DNA of 64,000 nucleotides from a virus, in IMG/VR virus record IMGVR_UViG_3300032163_000003, positions 1-64,000 of that record; one strand, 5' to 3'. The notes under the pieces were generated by a model. That model worked only from the letters and a program-made list of their open reading frames with translations, ran no database searches and was not told where the DNA came from. This document shows, in pieces, positions 1 through 9,493 of this stretch (position 1 is the first letter of the stretch; every line of letters begins with the position of its first letter). A program made the translations under genes and the position numbers.

Positions 1-233
1 TAGATTTATGAGTATTTTTTCCATTCTTCAATAGCAAATTTAGAATGTTTTTCAGTCCATATCCAATTATGTTTACGAAACGGAACATAATTAGTCATAA
101 TTTTTCCGTCGGCAAGTACGTAAGTTCTAACTCCGCCGTTAGCTATACTCATTGAACGACTAATAGCATCTTGAATTAGTTTCTGTTCTTCTTGCGTCAT
201 AATTTTTATTCCTCCGGGATTTTAATTTTGTTC

Positions 234-713
234 TTAAATTCGGGTACTGTATTTGTCTAGTATTTGTTGGAGATCAGTTAGTAAGTTCTTAAAAGAATCT
301 GGTTTTGAGATTGCTTGGTCTAACGACCCATAATGTTCCTCAAGGCACGAAAGAAGCAAAGTCTTAATTCTTTCTTCATCTGGTCCATACGGAAGTTTGC
401 TATTAAGATATACAGATTCCAGTTCTTTTTCTTTCTTAGAAAAGTAATCTCGAATTTCCTCTATCTTCCATTCTCCACGTCTGATAGACTTGAGCTGCTC
501 TCTGTTCCTCTCTAAGTCCAAGTCTCCTTCAGTCATTATTTGCTCAACTTCATTAAGAAGACGAACTATATGGTATGAAAATTTTAGATCAAATCCATAA
601 ATTTTTACTCCTTCTGCTCTTTTACTTCCTTCCACTACCTCTTTATACATTTTATAGTAGTGAAGTAATTCTTCATTAGACAATTTAGAAAGGTCAGACA
701 TATAACCCCCCAC
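234..713 (-). CDS. C-terminal half of a split predicted nucleotidyltransferase (Pol beta superfamily); likely start 701
   Basis: YGFDLKFSYHIVRLL...NREQLKSIRRGEW...LPYGPD is the typical C-terminal helical part of this phage family; the N-half is at 1574-2182. Confidence 0.75.
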   Translation of the reverse strand: MGGYMSDLSKLSNEELLHYYKMYKEVVEGSKRAEGVKIYGFDLKFSYHIVRLLNEVEQIMTEGDLDLERNREQLKSIRRGEWKIEEIRDYFSKKEKELESVYLNSKLPYGPDEERIKTLLLSCLEEHYGSLDQAISKPDSFKNLLTDLQQILDKYSTRI

Positions 714-1581
714 TTTCTATTAAATGAATAACTTCATCTAATTTATCAAGATGAGTTTCATTTATCCACATAAACTGAATTCCATGTTTTCTGCAATAAT
801 CTTTATACCCTAAGATTTTACACTTATTGTTATTAATAGATTCCATTCCGATTGGTTTAATCTCTAAAATTGCTTTTCTTTCATTGAACATAGTTACTAA
901 GAAGTCAATTCTAGAATATCTAGATTTCCCTTTTTCATTAACATAAGGAACATAGAATGGTTCCAGCTTAAACTCTTTTACTTTAACGTTGTTATCTAAA
1001 CTTTCGCATATCTTCTTTTCCCAAGAACTTCTACAAAACACTTTTCCTGCTTTTCTTGTTTCCACAAACTCAGATCTGTAGTTTTTATTTTTGTGAAACT
1101 TTATATCTTGAAATTTTTCACTTTCACATAATCCTTTACTTACTTTTTTTCCAAATTCGTCTCTATAATTTTCGTCCCTATTTTTCCAAAGGTCTTTACA
1201 CCTAGTTTTGTGTTCTTTTCTTTTTTGAGGATCTTTTAGGGAATTTTTAAAAGGATTTCTATCTCCAGTAATATTGGCGTGGTTCTTGGACATTAGTAAT
1301 TTAGTATCTTCATCATGGTGTTTTCCTTTAAAAGGATTTTTCTCTAGCATAAGTTTTCTCTGATTCTCTATCCAATTTTCTGAATGTTTAAATCCTTTTG
1401 GTCTTCCCGCTTTTCTTCCTTTATCCATAAGTCCTTTTGGTTTTTCTATTCCATATTTCTTAATGTAGTTAAAAACTGTTGTAACTCCGCAAGAAAAGAT
1501 CTTAGAGATTTCCCATACATTTTTTCCTTCTACTATTAGTTTCTTAAGTAAATCTACATCAATATTTTTTAGTTTACTCAC
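694..1581 (-). mobile_element. Free-standing homing-type endonuclease (HTH + NUMOD3 repeats + TnsA-like PD-(D/E)xK nuclease)
   Basis: N-terminal HTH, GFKHSE/GKHH NUMOD3-like motifs, C-terminal RSSWE...IDFLV...ILEIKP; overlaps both halves of the nucleotidyltransferase. Confidence 0.75.
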
Positions 1582-2182
1582 ATTTTATTCCTCTTCTTTC
1601 TAACTCTTGCTTAACACTCTCGAAAGTAGTTTTCTGGTCTATATTGTTAGTTTTCTCAAACGAAATTAGTTCATTAAGACCTTTATGCTCTTTATAGTTT
1701 GTTCTATGTAACATACTGTATGAGTATCCTTTGAACTTATGCCAGCACCCTTTATGTAAAAATATTTTTCGAGAATCTCTTACCATGTTTCCAACTTTTG
1801 TTATATGAAGAACACACCTATGCGGAACAAATAGTGAGTCAATCATATTAGGATTATTTTCCATAACTAGTTGAAAGTATCTTACGATATTATAGATAGA
1901 AATATCATAACTCTTTCTTGCTTCTTTGTCTTCGACATGATGTTGCTGGTATTGTTCAAATCGGTTTATTTGTTTTCCAAATCCAAGAATCTCTCCCCTC
2001 AAATGAGGAAAGATAACATCTTTAGGGGGGATGCAAAATCCATACACATCCACGTCAGACGTTCCTTCCTCGTTAACTCCATACGCCACACTCCCCATCA
2101 TAACTTCATAGTGGGTGTTATGAATTAAGAAGTGTGGCGGATTGATTAGACCTCGTTTATGCAGCCTGTCGATTAAACTCAT
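1574..2182 (-). CDS. N-terminal catalytic half of split nucleotidyltransferase
   Basis: GSVAYG-x6-SDVD motif, NNPNMIDSLF, HKFKGY. Confidence 0.8.
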   Translation of the reverse strand: MSLIDRLHKRGLINPPHFLIHNTHYEVMMGSVAYGVNEEGTSDVDVYGFCIPPKDVIFPHLRGEILGFGKQINRFEQYQQHHVEDKEARKSYDISIYNIVRYFQLVMENNPNMIDSLFVPHRCVLHITKVGNMVRDSRKIFLHKGCWHKFKGYSYSMLHRTNYKEHKGLNELISFEKTNNIDQKTTFESVKQELERRGIKCE

Positions 2183-2201
2183 TTATTACCTCTTAGTTTT
2201 C

Positions 2202-2513
2202 TTACCATGTGGTTCCTGACGTTGTATTCACCCACGAAGCAGTTAAATAACTAGAACCTGTTGAGGCAGAAACATAAAAACTAACAGTATATGCCCCAAT
2301 CGTAGATATTTGTTGTGCTGGAGATTGTCCCCATCTTTGGTCTGTAATTTGTCCTTTTCTCACCGTTCGATAATGATCATGACCACACTCTGGACAATCT
2401 AGTTTGTAATTTCCATCTTGGGACAAATCCAAATTAAAACGAACATACATGCTGCAACTGTGACAAAACAATTCTTGTATTTCTAGTTTAGACCTTCTAC
2501 CTTCACGAACCAT
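2202..2513 (-). CDS. Zinc-ribbon hypothetical protein
   Basis: CHSC...CPECGHDH. Confidence 0.55.
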   Translation of the reverse strand: MVREGRRSKLEIQELFCHSCSMYVRFNLDLSQDGNYKLDCPECGHDHYRTVRKGQITDQRWGQSPAQQISTIGAYTVSFYVSASTGSSYLTASWVNTTSGTTW

Positions 2514-2522
2514 TATTCCTCC

Positions 2523-3010
2523 TCAATGATGACTAATTGTTAAATGAGGAAACTCATCAAACGTTCCTCCATGTTCCATCTCTGACCAGAATCTCCCATC
2601 TTCATCTGAATATAAAAAGATGTAAGCCGCCTTTTCTTTATTTTCTTCAATAAACTTAATAGCTATCTTTTCAGCTATTTCTCTATTCTTTGCTTTGTAC
2701 ATATCGCTAGCTTTCATGCGAGCATCGAAGTATTCTTTCTCAGTCAGATAATCTCCTTTCTTAAGATTTTTTATATCTTCCCAATCAGAGATAAATCCAT
2801 CGAAATACCCAGATTAAGTTTGTCAACACATTCTTTAGATAGTTCTAGCTTTATAGCAGTCTGTTTCTGAATATCATCAAAGACCACTTGTGCTTTTTCA
2901 ATAAACAATATATTGTCTTTGATATCATGTAAGAAGACCACTGGTCTATCGAACGCTACTATAAAGCTAGAACTGCTTGAGTTAGTTACAAAATCCTGCT
3001 TGCTTTTCAC
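2523..3010 (-). pseudogene. Frameshifted 'DFVTNSSSSSF' family protein
   Basis: N-terminus MKSKQDFVTNSSSSSFIV (2771-3010); after ~2815 another frame reads SGYFDGFISDWED...YSDEDG...MEHGGTF...ISHH and runs into ORF 2523-2717. Confidence 0.6.
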
Positions 3011-3402
3011 TTAATCTCCTCTACGACAAAGGAACCCCCAAACGCTACTTTTCCTTTGTCAGTTTTGATTCCAATAATGTTGCTGTATCGTTCAACAAAT
3101 ACTCCTTCGAACGACTGTGAACCATCTTTTGTTTGGATTGTGACTTTTACTTTCTCCCCCTTCTCGATGTTGTTTGAAAAAGATGTTTGTTGTTTTACAA
3201 TTTTCTGACCTTCTTCTAATACTTGTTGTTTTTCAAAGTTATTTAAACATCCTTTGACCATACTAACAATTCCAAGAATGAAAATGATACAGCATGAAAC
3301 TATAACTGTAGTAACAATTAGTCTAAGCCACGATATATCATTCTCATCTCGCCAGTCTTGAAATGCTCTCCACAACTTATCAAGAAGTATGATAAGCCAC
3401 AT
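3007..3402 (-). CDS. Membrane-anchored hypothetical protein
   Basis: One TM segment; C-terminal beta domain resembles ORF 3696-3995 (VKVxxQ..G...EG..V.R....I.IKTD). Confidence 0.55.
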   Translation of the reverse strand: MWLIILLDKLWRAFQDWRDENDISWLRLIVTTVIVSCCIIFILGIVSMVKGCLNNFEKQQVLEEGQKIVKQQTSFSNNIEKGEKVKVTIQTKDGSQSFEGVFVERYSNIIGIKTDKGKVAFGGSFVVEEIK

Positions 3403-3412
3403 AGTTCCTCCT

Positions 3413-3682
3413 CTACCTTAAGAACATCATAGTGATCCATGTTACAATCGCCAGGACAATTCCAAGAATCCCAAGTTTGGGAATAAATCCAAGGAGAAAT
3501 CCGTGCCACCAGACTACTTGAGCTACTTTTCCATAATAGATCAACCAACTGTTAATTGCGTATGGCCACACAAACATTCCAATGATTCCAAAGATACAGA
3601 TGAAGAATAGTCCAACGACTAATCCTCCTCCGATCATTCCCGCTCCCAAAATAATCGTTAAAAACGTTGTTAGTACTTTCAT
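3413..3682 (-). CDS. Small multi-TM membrane protein
   Basis: Highly hydrophobic; AGGAG RBS a few bases upstream. Confidence 0.5.
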   Translation of the reverse strand: MKVLTTFLTIILGAGMIGGGLVVGLFFICIFGIIGMFVWPYAINSWLIYYGKVAQVVWWHGFLLGFIPKLGILGIVLAIVTWITMMFLR

Positions 3683-3695
3683 TTCCAACTCCTTT

Positions 3696-3995
3696 CTATC
3701 TTGATATTTGTTTTTCCACTGTATAAAATTCAGCGGCAATTGATAGGAGAGTTCTATCATTGTCTGTTTTTATTGTAACCCCGTGAGTCCGCCGCCGAAC
3801 AAGAGTTCCTTCATAAACCTTTTCTCCAGCAGGTGATTGAACTTTGACAACTATTTTATCATCATAGTATTGATTTGAAGAATTTTCTTTTGAAGTCTGA
3901 GTTTGCACTTCCTTGGGATTATCCAAACACCCAGTAAAGACAAAAGACAACATAAGAAAGATACTAATCACTACCCACGTCATAAGTTTCAACAT
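3696..3995 (-). CDS. Putative lipoprotein
   Basis: Signal peptide with FTGC lipobox; paralogous C-terminus to 3007-3402. Confidence 0.5.
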   Translation of the reverse strand: MLKLMTWVVISIFLMLSFVFTGCLDNPKEVQTQTSKENSSNQYYDDKIVVKVQSPAGEKVYEGTLVRRRTHGVTIKTDNDRTLLSIAAEFYTVEKQISR

Positions 3996-6249
3996 TATTT
4001 TTTCCTTTCTTCTTCCAGGGTTTTCTATCCCCCTTATCTTTCATGTTGTGTATTGGTTTAATTCTGTCAATAACTATAGCTGTAGGTTGAATCGCTTCCT
4101 CAATAACTTTTGGATCTTTGTAAGCATCAGGAGCTTCGTCTAATGTTGATATACCAACACTAGTTGAGAAAATTCCCTCCATCTGATCTTCAAACTCACT
4201 CAAGTTAATAGTAGCCTTCGCCTTTGACCTACTCATCAATCTTCCTGCTCCATGCGGTGCTGAGAAGTTCCATTCTGGATTTGATTTTCCTTCACATACA
4301 AGAATTCCATCTCTCATATTAAAAGGAATAATCATTTTTTCGCCAACATAAGAACGAATGGCGCCTTTCCGAATGATGAAATCTCTGAAGTCAACAAAGT
4401 TATGAACAGTCTCAATTCTGTCGAGAATCTCAAAACTACCAACCTCAATAATCTTGTCGACTATTATTTGTCTGTTGACTTCCGCATAAACTTGAGCAAA
4501 TAACATATCTAGAAGATAGTCCACTGCTCTTGAATTCTCTAGCCATTCCAACTCTTTAATACTGACTCCAATTCCGATTCCAGCTTCTCTTCTAGCCTCT
4601 TCAATTCGGATTCCAATTTCTTTACGGTTGTCTGTAGTCTTTTTAATTTCTTCAACTGCTTGGATGAAAAAGTTATTTCTTTTTTCTTTGTGGATGTTTT
4701 CCGCTTTTTCTTGCCAGTAGTCGCAGACTCTTTTACCGAAGTTTCTTGAACCCGAATGAACTGTAAGCCAGGTTTCACCGGTAGCTTCAGAAGTCCCAAG
4801 TTCAATAAAATGGTTTCCTCCGCCAAGCGACCCGATACTGCTGATTGCATATGCCACATCTACTTTTATCTCCTTACATTTTTTTTCAAACCAGTCATAA
4901 GTGTAGGTATATTCTGCATCCGTGTTAAATCTTTTAAAAAGACTAACTGCTCTTTTGTTCACACTTTCCCAAGGAAAATCATTCTTCATGTGAAAGATTC
5001 CACGAGAATGAATGTTAATTCCGAATGGGATGTTTTCTCTTATCTTGTCATCAATTTCTTGATAGTTCAAAGATTGTTTTCCAAGATTGACAGATAGCAT
5101 TCCACAGTTATGAACAAAAACACCTCCAGAAATTGCGAAATTATTAAATTCTTCGACTTGTAAACAATAAACGTCTTTCTTATAGTCTAGATTTTTAACG
5201 TACAGAACTTTATGATTTGTTTGTTTAGATTTACATGAATTTAGATGTTTTGTAAATCCTCCTTTTCCTTTAACTTGTCTTCCACATAGGTCACATGAAA
5301 AAACCATGTTGTTGATTTTTTCGTTATAAATTCTGAAGTAACTAGATCCTCTTTTTCCATTATCTTTAATTTTTTCTAACCATTTTTCTTGGTTATTTTC
5401 CATATAACTTTTAATATTTTCTGTTGCTACTTCTTGTTTCTTCTTCAGAAATTTTGGATCAAAAAAGAATCTTTTTTCTTCAAATTTTAATTCTCTTTTT
5501 TTCTTAAATTCTTTTGTAGCCATATAATTTCTAGACTTCGCTGTTAAAGAAGAATGAAGTTTCTTGTTTAGAAATTCTAAATTCGTGGGGGTATTGTTAT
5601 ACCACTTTTCATTCTTATGATGAACAACTTCATTTTTCTTTCTTTTTCCAAGAAAGAAAGAAGAAACTAATTCGTGTGTAGTAATTGTTTTCTGTCTATA
5701 TGAGTGTATAAATTCATATCCATCTCTAGAACAGTAAGATCTATAGAAAGGCATTAAACTTTCTCTCGGTTGTAAATCTTTAGCTTCTTTATATGAACCA
5801 TCAAGCAGCATAAACTTTTGATCTGGAGTACAAACTAAACGATCTCCTCCACTAATCGCGACTTCAACTAATTCAGAATTTTCTCTAGTTTTTAAAGCTC
5901 TAGCTTTTCCAGGAACTATTTTTAGATCTTCATTCATAGAATAAACATAGAATTCTCCCATATTTACTAGTTCTTTAAATGAATATTCAATCCCGTCCAG
6001 AACTGGAACTTTAGTTTCTTCAATAAAACATCCAATATCCACACCAATTACATTTGGAATTACCTTTTCTCCAAGCGGCATTGTAAATCCAATAACCGAT
6101 CCTTTTCCAAAGTGTGTATCCGGCATGATAGCTACTGGATTTGTGAACGCCGGATGGTTAATAAATTGAATGATTTGAGACATGCATGTTTGCTCAATGT
6201 TATCAATCATAATCTTTGCTGTCGTGTATTTTCCTGGTAACGTAATCAT
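3964..6249 (-). CDS. rtcB: RtcB RNA 3'-phosphate/5'-OH ligase, intein-containing
   Basis: MPDTHFG, GVDIG|CGM after intein removal, GSLGGGNHFIE, VHSGSRNFG, HNF, RKGA, SAPHGAGR, LDEAPDAYK. Confidence 0.95.
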   Translation of the reverse strand: MITLPGKYTTAKIMIDNIEQTCMSQIIQFINHPAFTNPVAIMPDTHFGKGSVIGFTMPLGEKVIPNVIGVDIGCFIEETKVPVLDGIEYSFKELVNMGEFYVYSMNEDLKIVPGKARALKTRENSELVEVAISGGDRLVCTPDQKFMLLDGSYKEAKDLQPRESLMPFYRSYCSRDGYEFIHSYRQKTITTHELVSSFFLGKRKKNEVVHHKNEKWYNNTPTNLEFLNKKLHSSLTAKSRNYMATKEFKKKRELKFEEKRFFFDPKFLKKKQEVATENIKSYMENNQEKWLEKIKDNGKRGSSYFRIYNEKINNMVFSCDLCGRQVKGKGGFTKHLNSCKSKQTNHKVLYVKNLDYKKDVYCLQVEEFNNFAISGGVFVHNCGMLSVNLGKQSLNYQEIDDKIRENIPFGINIHSRGIFHMKNDFPWESVNKRAVSLFKRFNTDAEYTYTYDWFEKKCKEIKVDVAYAISSIGSLGGGNHFIELGTSEATGETWLTVHSGSRNFGKRVCDYWQEKAENIHKEKRNNFFIQAVEEIKKTTDNRKEIGIRIEEARREAGIGIGVSIKELEWLENSRAVDYLLDMLFAQVYAEVNRQIIVDKIIEVGSFEILDRIETVHNFVDFRDFIIRKGAIRSYVGEKMIIPFNMRDGILVCEGKSNPEWNFSAPHGAGRLMSRSKAKATINLSEFEDQMEGIFSTSVGISTLDEAPDAYKDPKVIEEAIQPTAIVIDRIKPIHNMKDKGDRKPWKKKGKNNVETYDVGSD
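5107..6030 (-). mobile_element. Intein (308 aa) with HNH endonuclease and zinc finger in RtcB
   Basis: Starts CFIEETKV, block B CTPDQKF, ends GVFVHN followed by +1 Cys; internal VHHKNEKWYNNTPTNL HNH motif and CDLC...H...C finger. Confidence 0.92.
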
Positions 6250-6570
6250 TTAAATTCTCACCTCCCATCCTTCTCCACTTTTTGTTATTTTAGAAACCCA
6301 ATCTGGAACTATTGAAACTCCATATTCTAAAGTTCCTTTTGACAAAACTAGATCCAGTATTCTTAAAGAATCTTTGGTGTATATTCTACATCCATTTCCA
6401 TCATTTCCATAACATGAAAGTCTTCTAGAACACGGCTGAGAAGAATCATTCATATCAAGCTCACAGAAATAGCCATCATCGAAAGAAATAAAGACAATTG
6501 ACTCTCTAACTTGAATTATAGAGATTCTTTTTAAAGCATCTTCATACATTGTTACTATCTCCCGCTTCAA
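6250..6570 (-). CDS. Hypothetical protein
   Basis: Tightly packed ORF in operon. Confidence 0.45.
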   Translation of the reverse strand: MKREIVTMYEDALKRISIIQVRESIVFISFDDGYFCELDMNDSSQPCSRRLSCYGNDGNGCRIYTKDSLRILDLVLSKGTLEYGVSIVPDWVSKITKSGEGWEVRI

Positions 6571-6820
6571 GAACTTTTTTCAACCAGTCTAAATCCCTGA
6601 CTTTCTTTTGTAATTCTTTAACTAAAGCTTGTAATTCTATAACTTGTCTCTTTAATTCTTCTATTTCTTGTACTTGTCTTGGTCTTGGAGGTGGCGGGGG
6701 TGGAGGCCCCGAAGGTCTGGTGGTTGGTGGCGCTGGATTTCTTGTCCATCTCCAATTGTTTTTTTCTGGTTCCCAATCTGAATATATGCGTTCCCGGATT
6801 TTGTCTAAAAATTCTTCCAT
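6542..6820 (-). CDS. Proline-rich/coiled-coil protein with C-terminal KVRDLDW motif
   Basis: Poly-Pro linker, heptads; C-terminus shared with 58148-58675. Confidence 0.55.
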   Translation of the reverse strand: MEEFLDKIRERIYSDWEPEKNNWRWTRNPAPPTTRPSGPPPPPPPRPRQVQEIEELKRQVIELQALVKELQKKVRDLDWLKKVLEAGDSNNV

Positions 6821-6829
6821 TTTCTCACC

Positions 6830-7285
6830 TCATAAATCAGACTTAGCTGCGTTAACCTTCATCTTCTTTTCTTCTTTCTTTTTCTTGTATAGTTCTTCTT
6901 CTAATTCCGTAGATAAAGGAATAAACTCGTAAACAAGAGTTCCATCTAAAGTCCAGATTCCGAGTTGAACTTCAATTTTTACATTACCAACCATCCAACA
7001 ATCTCCATCCTTTAGTGGTTTGCTAGGAGTTCCATATTTCTCGGTTAAAGCAGTTGTTAAGACTTCTTTTACTTCTACTCCACCAAACTTAACCTTTCCT
7101 ATCATAAACTTTCCCTTGTAGAATCCATACCTAATTTCAGAAACTCTAACTATTCCAATTTTTAGATCTTCTAATTTGTCACACCACAAAATACCATCAG
7201 AATCAGATACAAGCGGTCTTACTTGAGTTGAGGTTTCTCCAAACTTTACGCCTCTAAATTCTATTATATCTATTTCCATTTTCAT
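6830..7285 (-). CDS. Hypothetical protein
   Basis: ORF with FRGVKFG...YGFYKGK...EKYGTP pattern. Confidence 0.5.
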   Translation of the reverse strand: MKMEIDIIEFRGVKFGETSTQVRPLVSDSDGILWCDKLEDLKIGIVRVSEIRYGFYKGKFMIGKVKFGGVEVKEVLTTALTEKYGTPSKPLKDGDCWMVGNVKIEVQLGIWTLDGTLVYEFIPLSTELEEELYKKKKEEKKMKVNAAKSDL

Positions 7286-7683
7286 TTTTTCGCTCCTTCG
7301 ATTAAAGATTTGATATAGTCATAACATTTTCTACAGACAACTTTATGTCTTTCAGATGGTTCAATATATTTTTCCCATTCTTCGTCTGAGACATGAAAAA
7401 ATCCCGGCCACAATTTCCCACAGTAAGAACACAGACTCGGCCAAAGAATGTATGAAATTCTACCTTCTTTTTCCAGAAGTTTTAACCATCTTTCTTCTTG
7501 TACTTTTGTTAATCCATGACTGTATGTCCATGTTCCAGGAGAACAGTTGATGCTCAACTTCTTATAAACACATCCACAAGTTATCAACTGTCCTCCACAC
7601 CACGGACAACTTTCCATGTCGCATCCCAAATGATGAATCTCTCCTTCTTTGCAATTACAATCGTAACATCTTTTTTCTTTCAT
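7282..7683 (-). CDS. Cys-rich zinc-binding hypothetical protein
   Basis: CYDC...HHLGCDMESCPWCGGQLITCGC...CSYC...CRKC; RBS GAGGA. Confidence 0.6.
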   Translation of the reverse strand: MKEKRCYDCNCKEGEIHHLGCDMESCPWCGGQLITCGCVYKKLSINCSPGTWTYSHGLTKVQEERWLKLLEKEGRISYILWPSLCSYCGKLWPGFFHVSDEEWEKYIEPSERHKVVCRKCYDYIKSLIEGAKK

Positions 7684-7799
7684 ATTCCTCCTTTACAATA
7701 ATTTTTATCTTATGTTCTAAACAACAGAAAACCTAGAATGTATGAATTATGTAGCGTCTGGAAAACAGAATTCTCATAAAGAGTGGAAGTGTGAACGAG

Positions 7800-8786
7800 T
7801 TAAAGACCAAGCGGACAACAAGCTGGATCTTTTGTAAGAACTTCTCTAAACTTTTTGAATGACTCTCCATTTTTCCAGACTTCTTTGATTGAGTCATTTC
7901 TAATTGAAATTCCGTACTGGTCATGATTCCCAAAAGAACACGGAATTAATTTCATATCTGAACTTACATACACACTAGCTCGGGCCGCCTCGCAAGTGTC
8001 TACGTATTGTTCCTGTTCTTTGGGGAACATATTTAGTTTCTTAATTTTATTAACAAGACAGCTGTCAAGCCCAATTTTAAACGAAGTCTTTCCAGAAGTC
8101 ATCAACGCAGCGAGTTTCTTAATCTGATACTCAGTTGGAACTTCATTTTCTAAACTTTTTCCTCTTCCTTGCGGTTTAAAAAGAAGAAAAATAACTGCGT
8201 TTAGTTTGTTTAGATCTACTTTCCCCCCCCAAACATCTTCGCCCTCAAGAACATCTACTGCTCTAAGTAATCGGCTAGTAGATAATACAAAGTGAATATT
8301 TGTTTTGATTTTTGCCTCTTGAAATTTTCTAATAGCTTCATATGTAAAGTTCTGACTATAATCACTAACTGCAACTGCTCCAGCCTGTTTAGAAATCTCA
8401 ATAGCCTCATCAGTCAACCCATTTCCACTAGTTGTATAATTAGGAATGATATTTTTCGACCTTGTATATTCGATAATCTCTTTAAAGTTTTCATGGAGGT
8501 TTGGATCTCCTTTCCCACCAAGAGCAACTTGCATTACCAATGGAAATACTGCATCAATAATCTTTTTGTAATCTTCTAGTTTCATGTTCGCACCTTTGTT
8601 CTCTCCCTGATAACAAAAAGAACAAGAGTTCAAACAATTTCCCATGATTCCAATGTCCATTAAAGATGGAAAATCTAGAATAAAAGGATCAGGGTTTCCA
8701 TTAATTCCAGACGTAACTTCCATCCCAGTTTTGGGATTAAAAATAATCGCATACTTATCTGTTCTCACTACTTTTAGCATATCCAT
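7800..8786 (-). CDS. Radical SAM protein with SPASM/twitch domain
   Basis: CLNSCSFCY (CxxxCxxC), GGKGDP, YTTSG, C-terminal CEAAR...PCSF...CCP. Confidence 0.9.
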   Translation of the reverse strand: MDMLKVVRTDKYAIIFNPKTGMEVTSGINGNPDPFILDFPSLMDIGIMGNCLNSCSFCYQGENKGANMKLEDYKKIIDAVFPLVMQVALGGKGDPNLHENFKEIIEYTRSKNIIPNYTTSGNGLTDEAIEISKQAGAVAVSDYSQNFTYEAIRKFQEAKIKTNIHFVLSTSRLLRAVDVLEGEDVWGGKVDLNKLNAVIFLLFKPQGRGKSLENEVPTEYQIKKLAALMTSGKTSFKIGLDSCLVNKIKKLNMFPKEQEQYVDTCEAARASVYVSSDMKLIPCSFGNHDQYGISIRNDSIKEVWKNGESFKKFREVLTKDPACCPLGL

Positions 8787-9021
8787 CTTTTTCCTTTCTT
8801 AGAATTTCTAAAATCTCTTCTATTACTATTTTACCTCTACCAATACCAAAAGTCATAATTTTATCTTCTTCTTCCCTCCATTTATTGAACATATCACAAA
8901 TCTCTTTTATACGGACATTTCCATTTATCAAAAAATGAGCACACGTAAGTCTAAATAAACAAGTAAAACACGGAAGACTTTTTACATGCCTTCTAAGCTC
9001 CTCCTTTTGGTCCTTTTTCAT
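8755..9021 (-). CDS. Small Cys-cluster protein (PCxxCxxxxxC family)
   Basis: LPCFTCLFRLTC. Confidence 0.5.
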   Translation of the reverse strand: MKKDQKEELRRHVKSLPCFTCLFRLTCAHFLINGNVRIKEICDMFNKWREEEDKIMTFGIGRGKIVIEEILEILRKEKDGYAKSSENR

Positions 9022-9367
9022 TTCCTCCGAATGTTTTTCATAAAGTTTTATTATTCAATCCCTCCTTCCTAGTTCAATAAAAATTTGTACTCTCTTTGCG
9101 TCTTCCTTACTAATTTCAAAAATCTTTTTTGTGTCTATAGCTATAAATCTTAGATCTTCGTACTCGTTTTCTTGAGAAACATTTTCCTTTTCTTGTTCCG
9201 ATTCTTGTCTCATAAATTCCTCCTGAAAGAGAGGGGGAAGCCCAACCTTTTGGACCAGAAACAATTTACTTTCTGGAAGGAGGCGGTCGGACTTCCCCAC
9301 CCAATCGAAAAAATATTTAGTTTCCCATCATCATAAAGTTATATATATAGTTTGGAAAGGATAAAAA

Positions 9368-9489
9368 GTTCTAACGCGCAACAATAAGAGACCTACAGTA
9401 GTGGGCACAGTCTCTCGGGCATTCCGGCTAGAATATGGGATGCCTCCCACCCACACTTCCCGGCCTTACGGCATTGTTACGCGTTAGAA
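9368..9489 (-). ncRNA. Candidate structured RNA element
   Basis: GC-rich intergenic stretch closed by a 17-bp stem (TTCTAACGCGTAACAAT/ATTGTTGCGCGTTAGAA, G-U pair only on minus strand), with an internal GCC-GTAA-GGC GNRA hairpin and AGAGAC/GTCTCT stem. Confidence 0.5.
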
Positions 9490-9493
9490 TCGT

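Noticed and set aside
694-1581. Group I intron or intein interrupting the nucleotidyltransferase
   Set aside because: The ORFs overlap in different frames, with no non-coding core and no Cys...His-Asn termini.
9331-9350. TATA-like motifs as evidence of an archaeal virus
   Set aside because: The peptidoglycan M15 peptidase, class II CCA enzyme and bacterial-type tRNAs and terminators point to a bacterial host.
9368-9489. Cobalamin riboswitch or HDV-like/hammerhead ribozyme assignment
   Set aside because: Only fragments resemble them (GGGAA, ACTGT); I could not build the full consensus by eye, so it is left unassigned.
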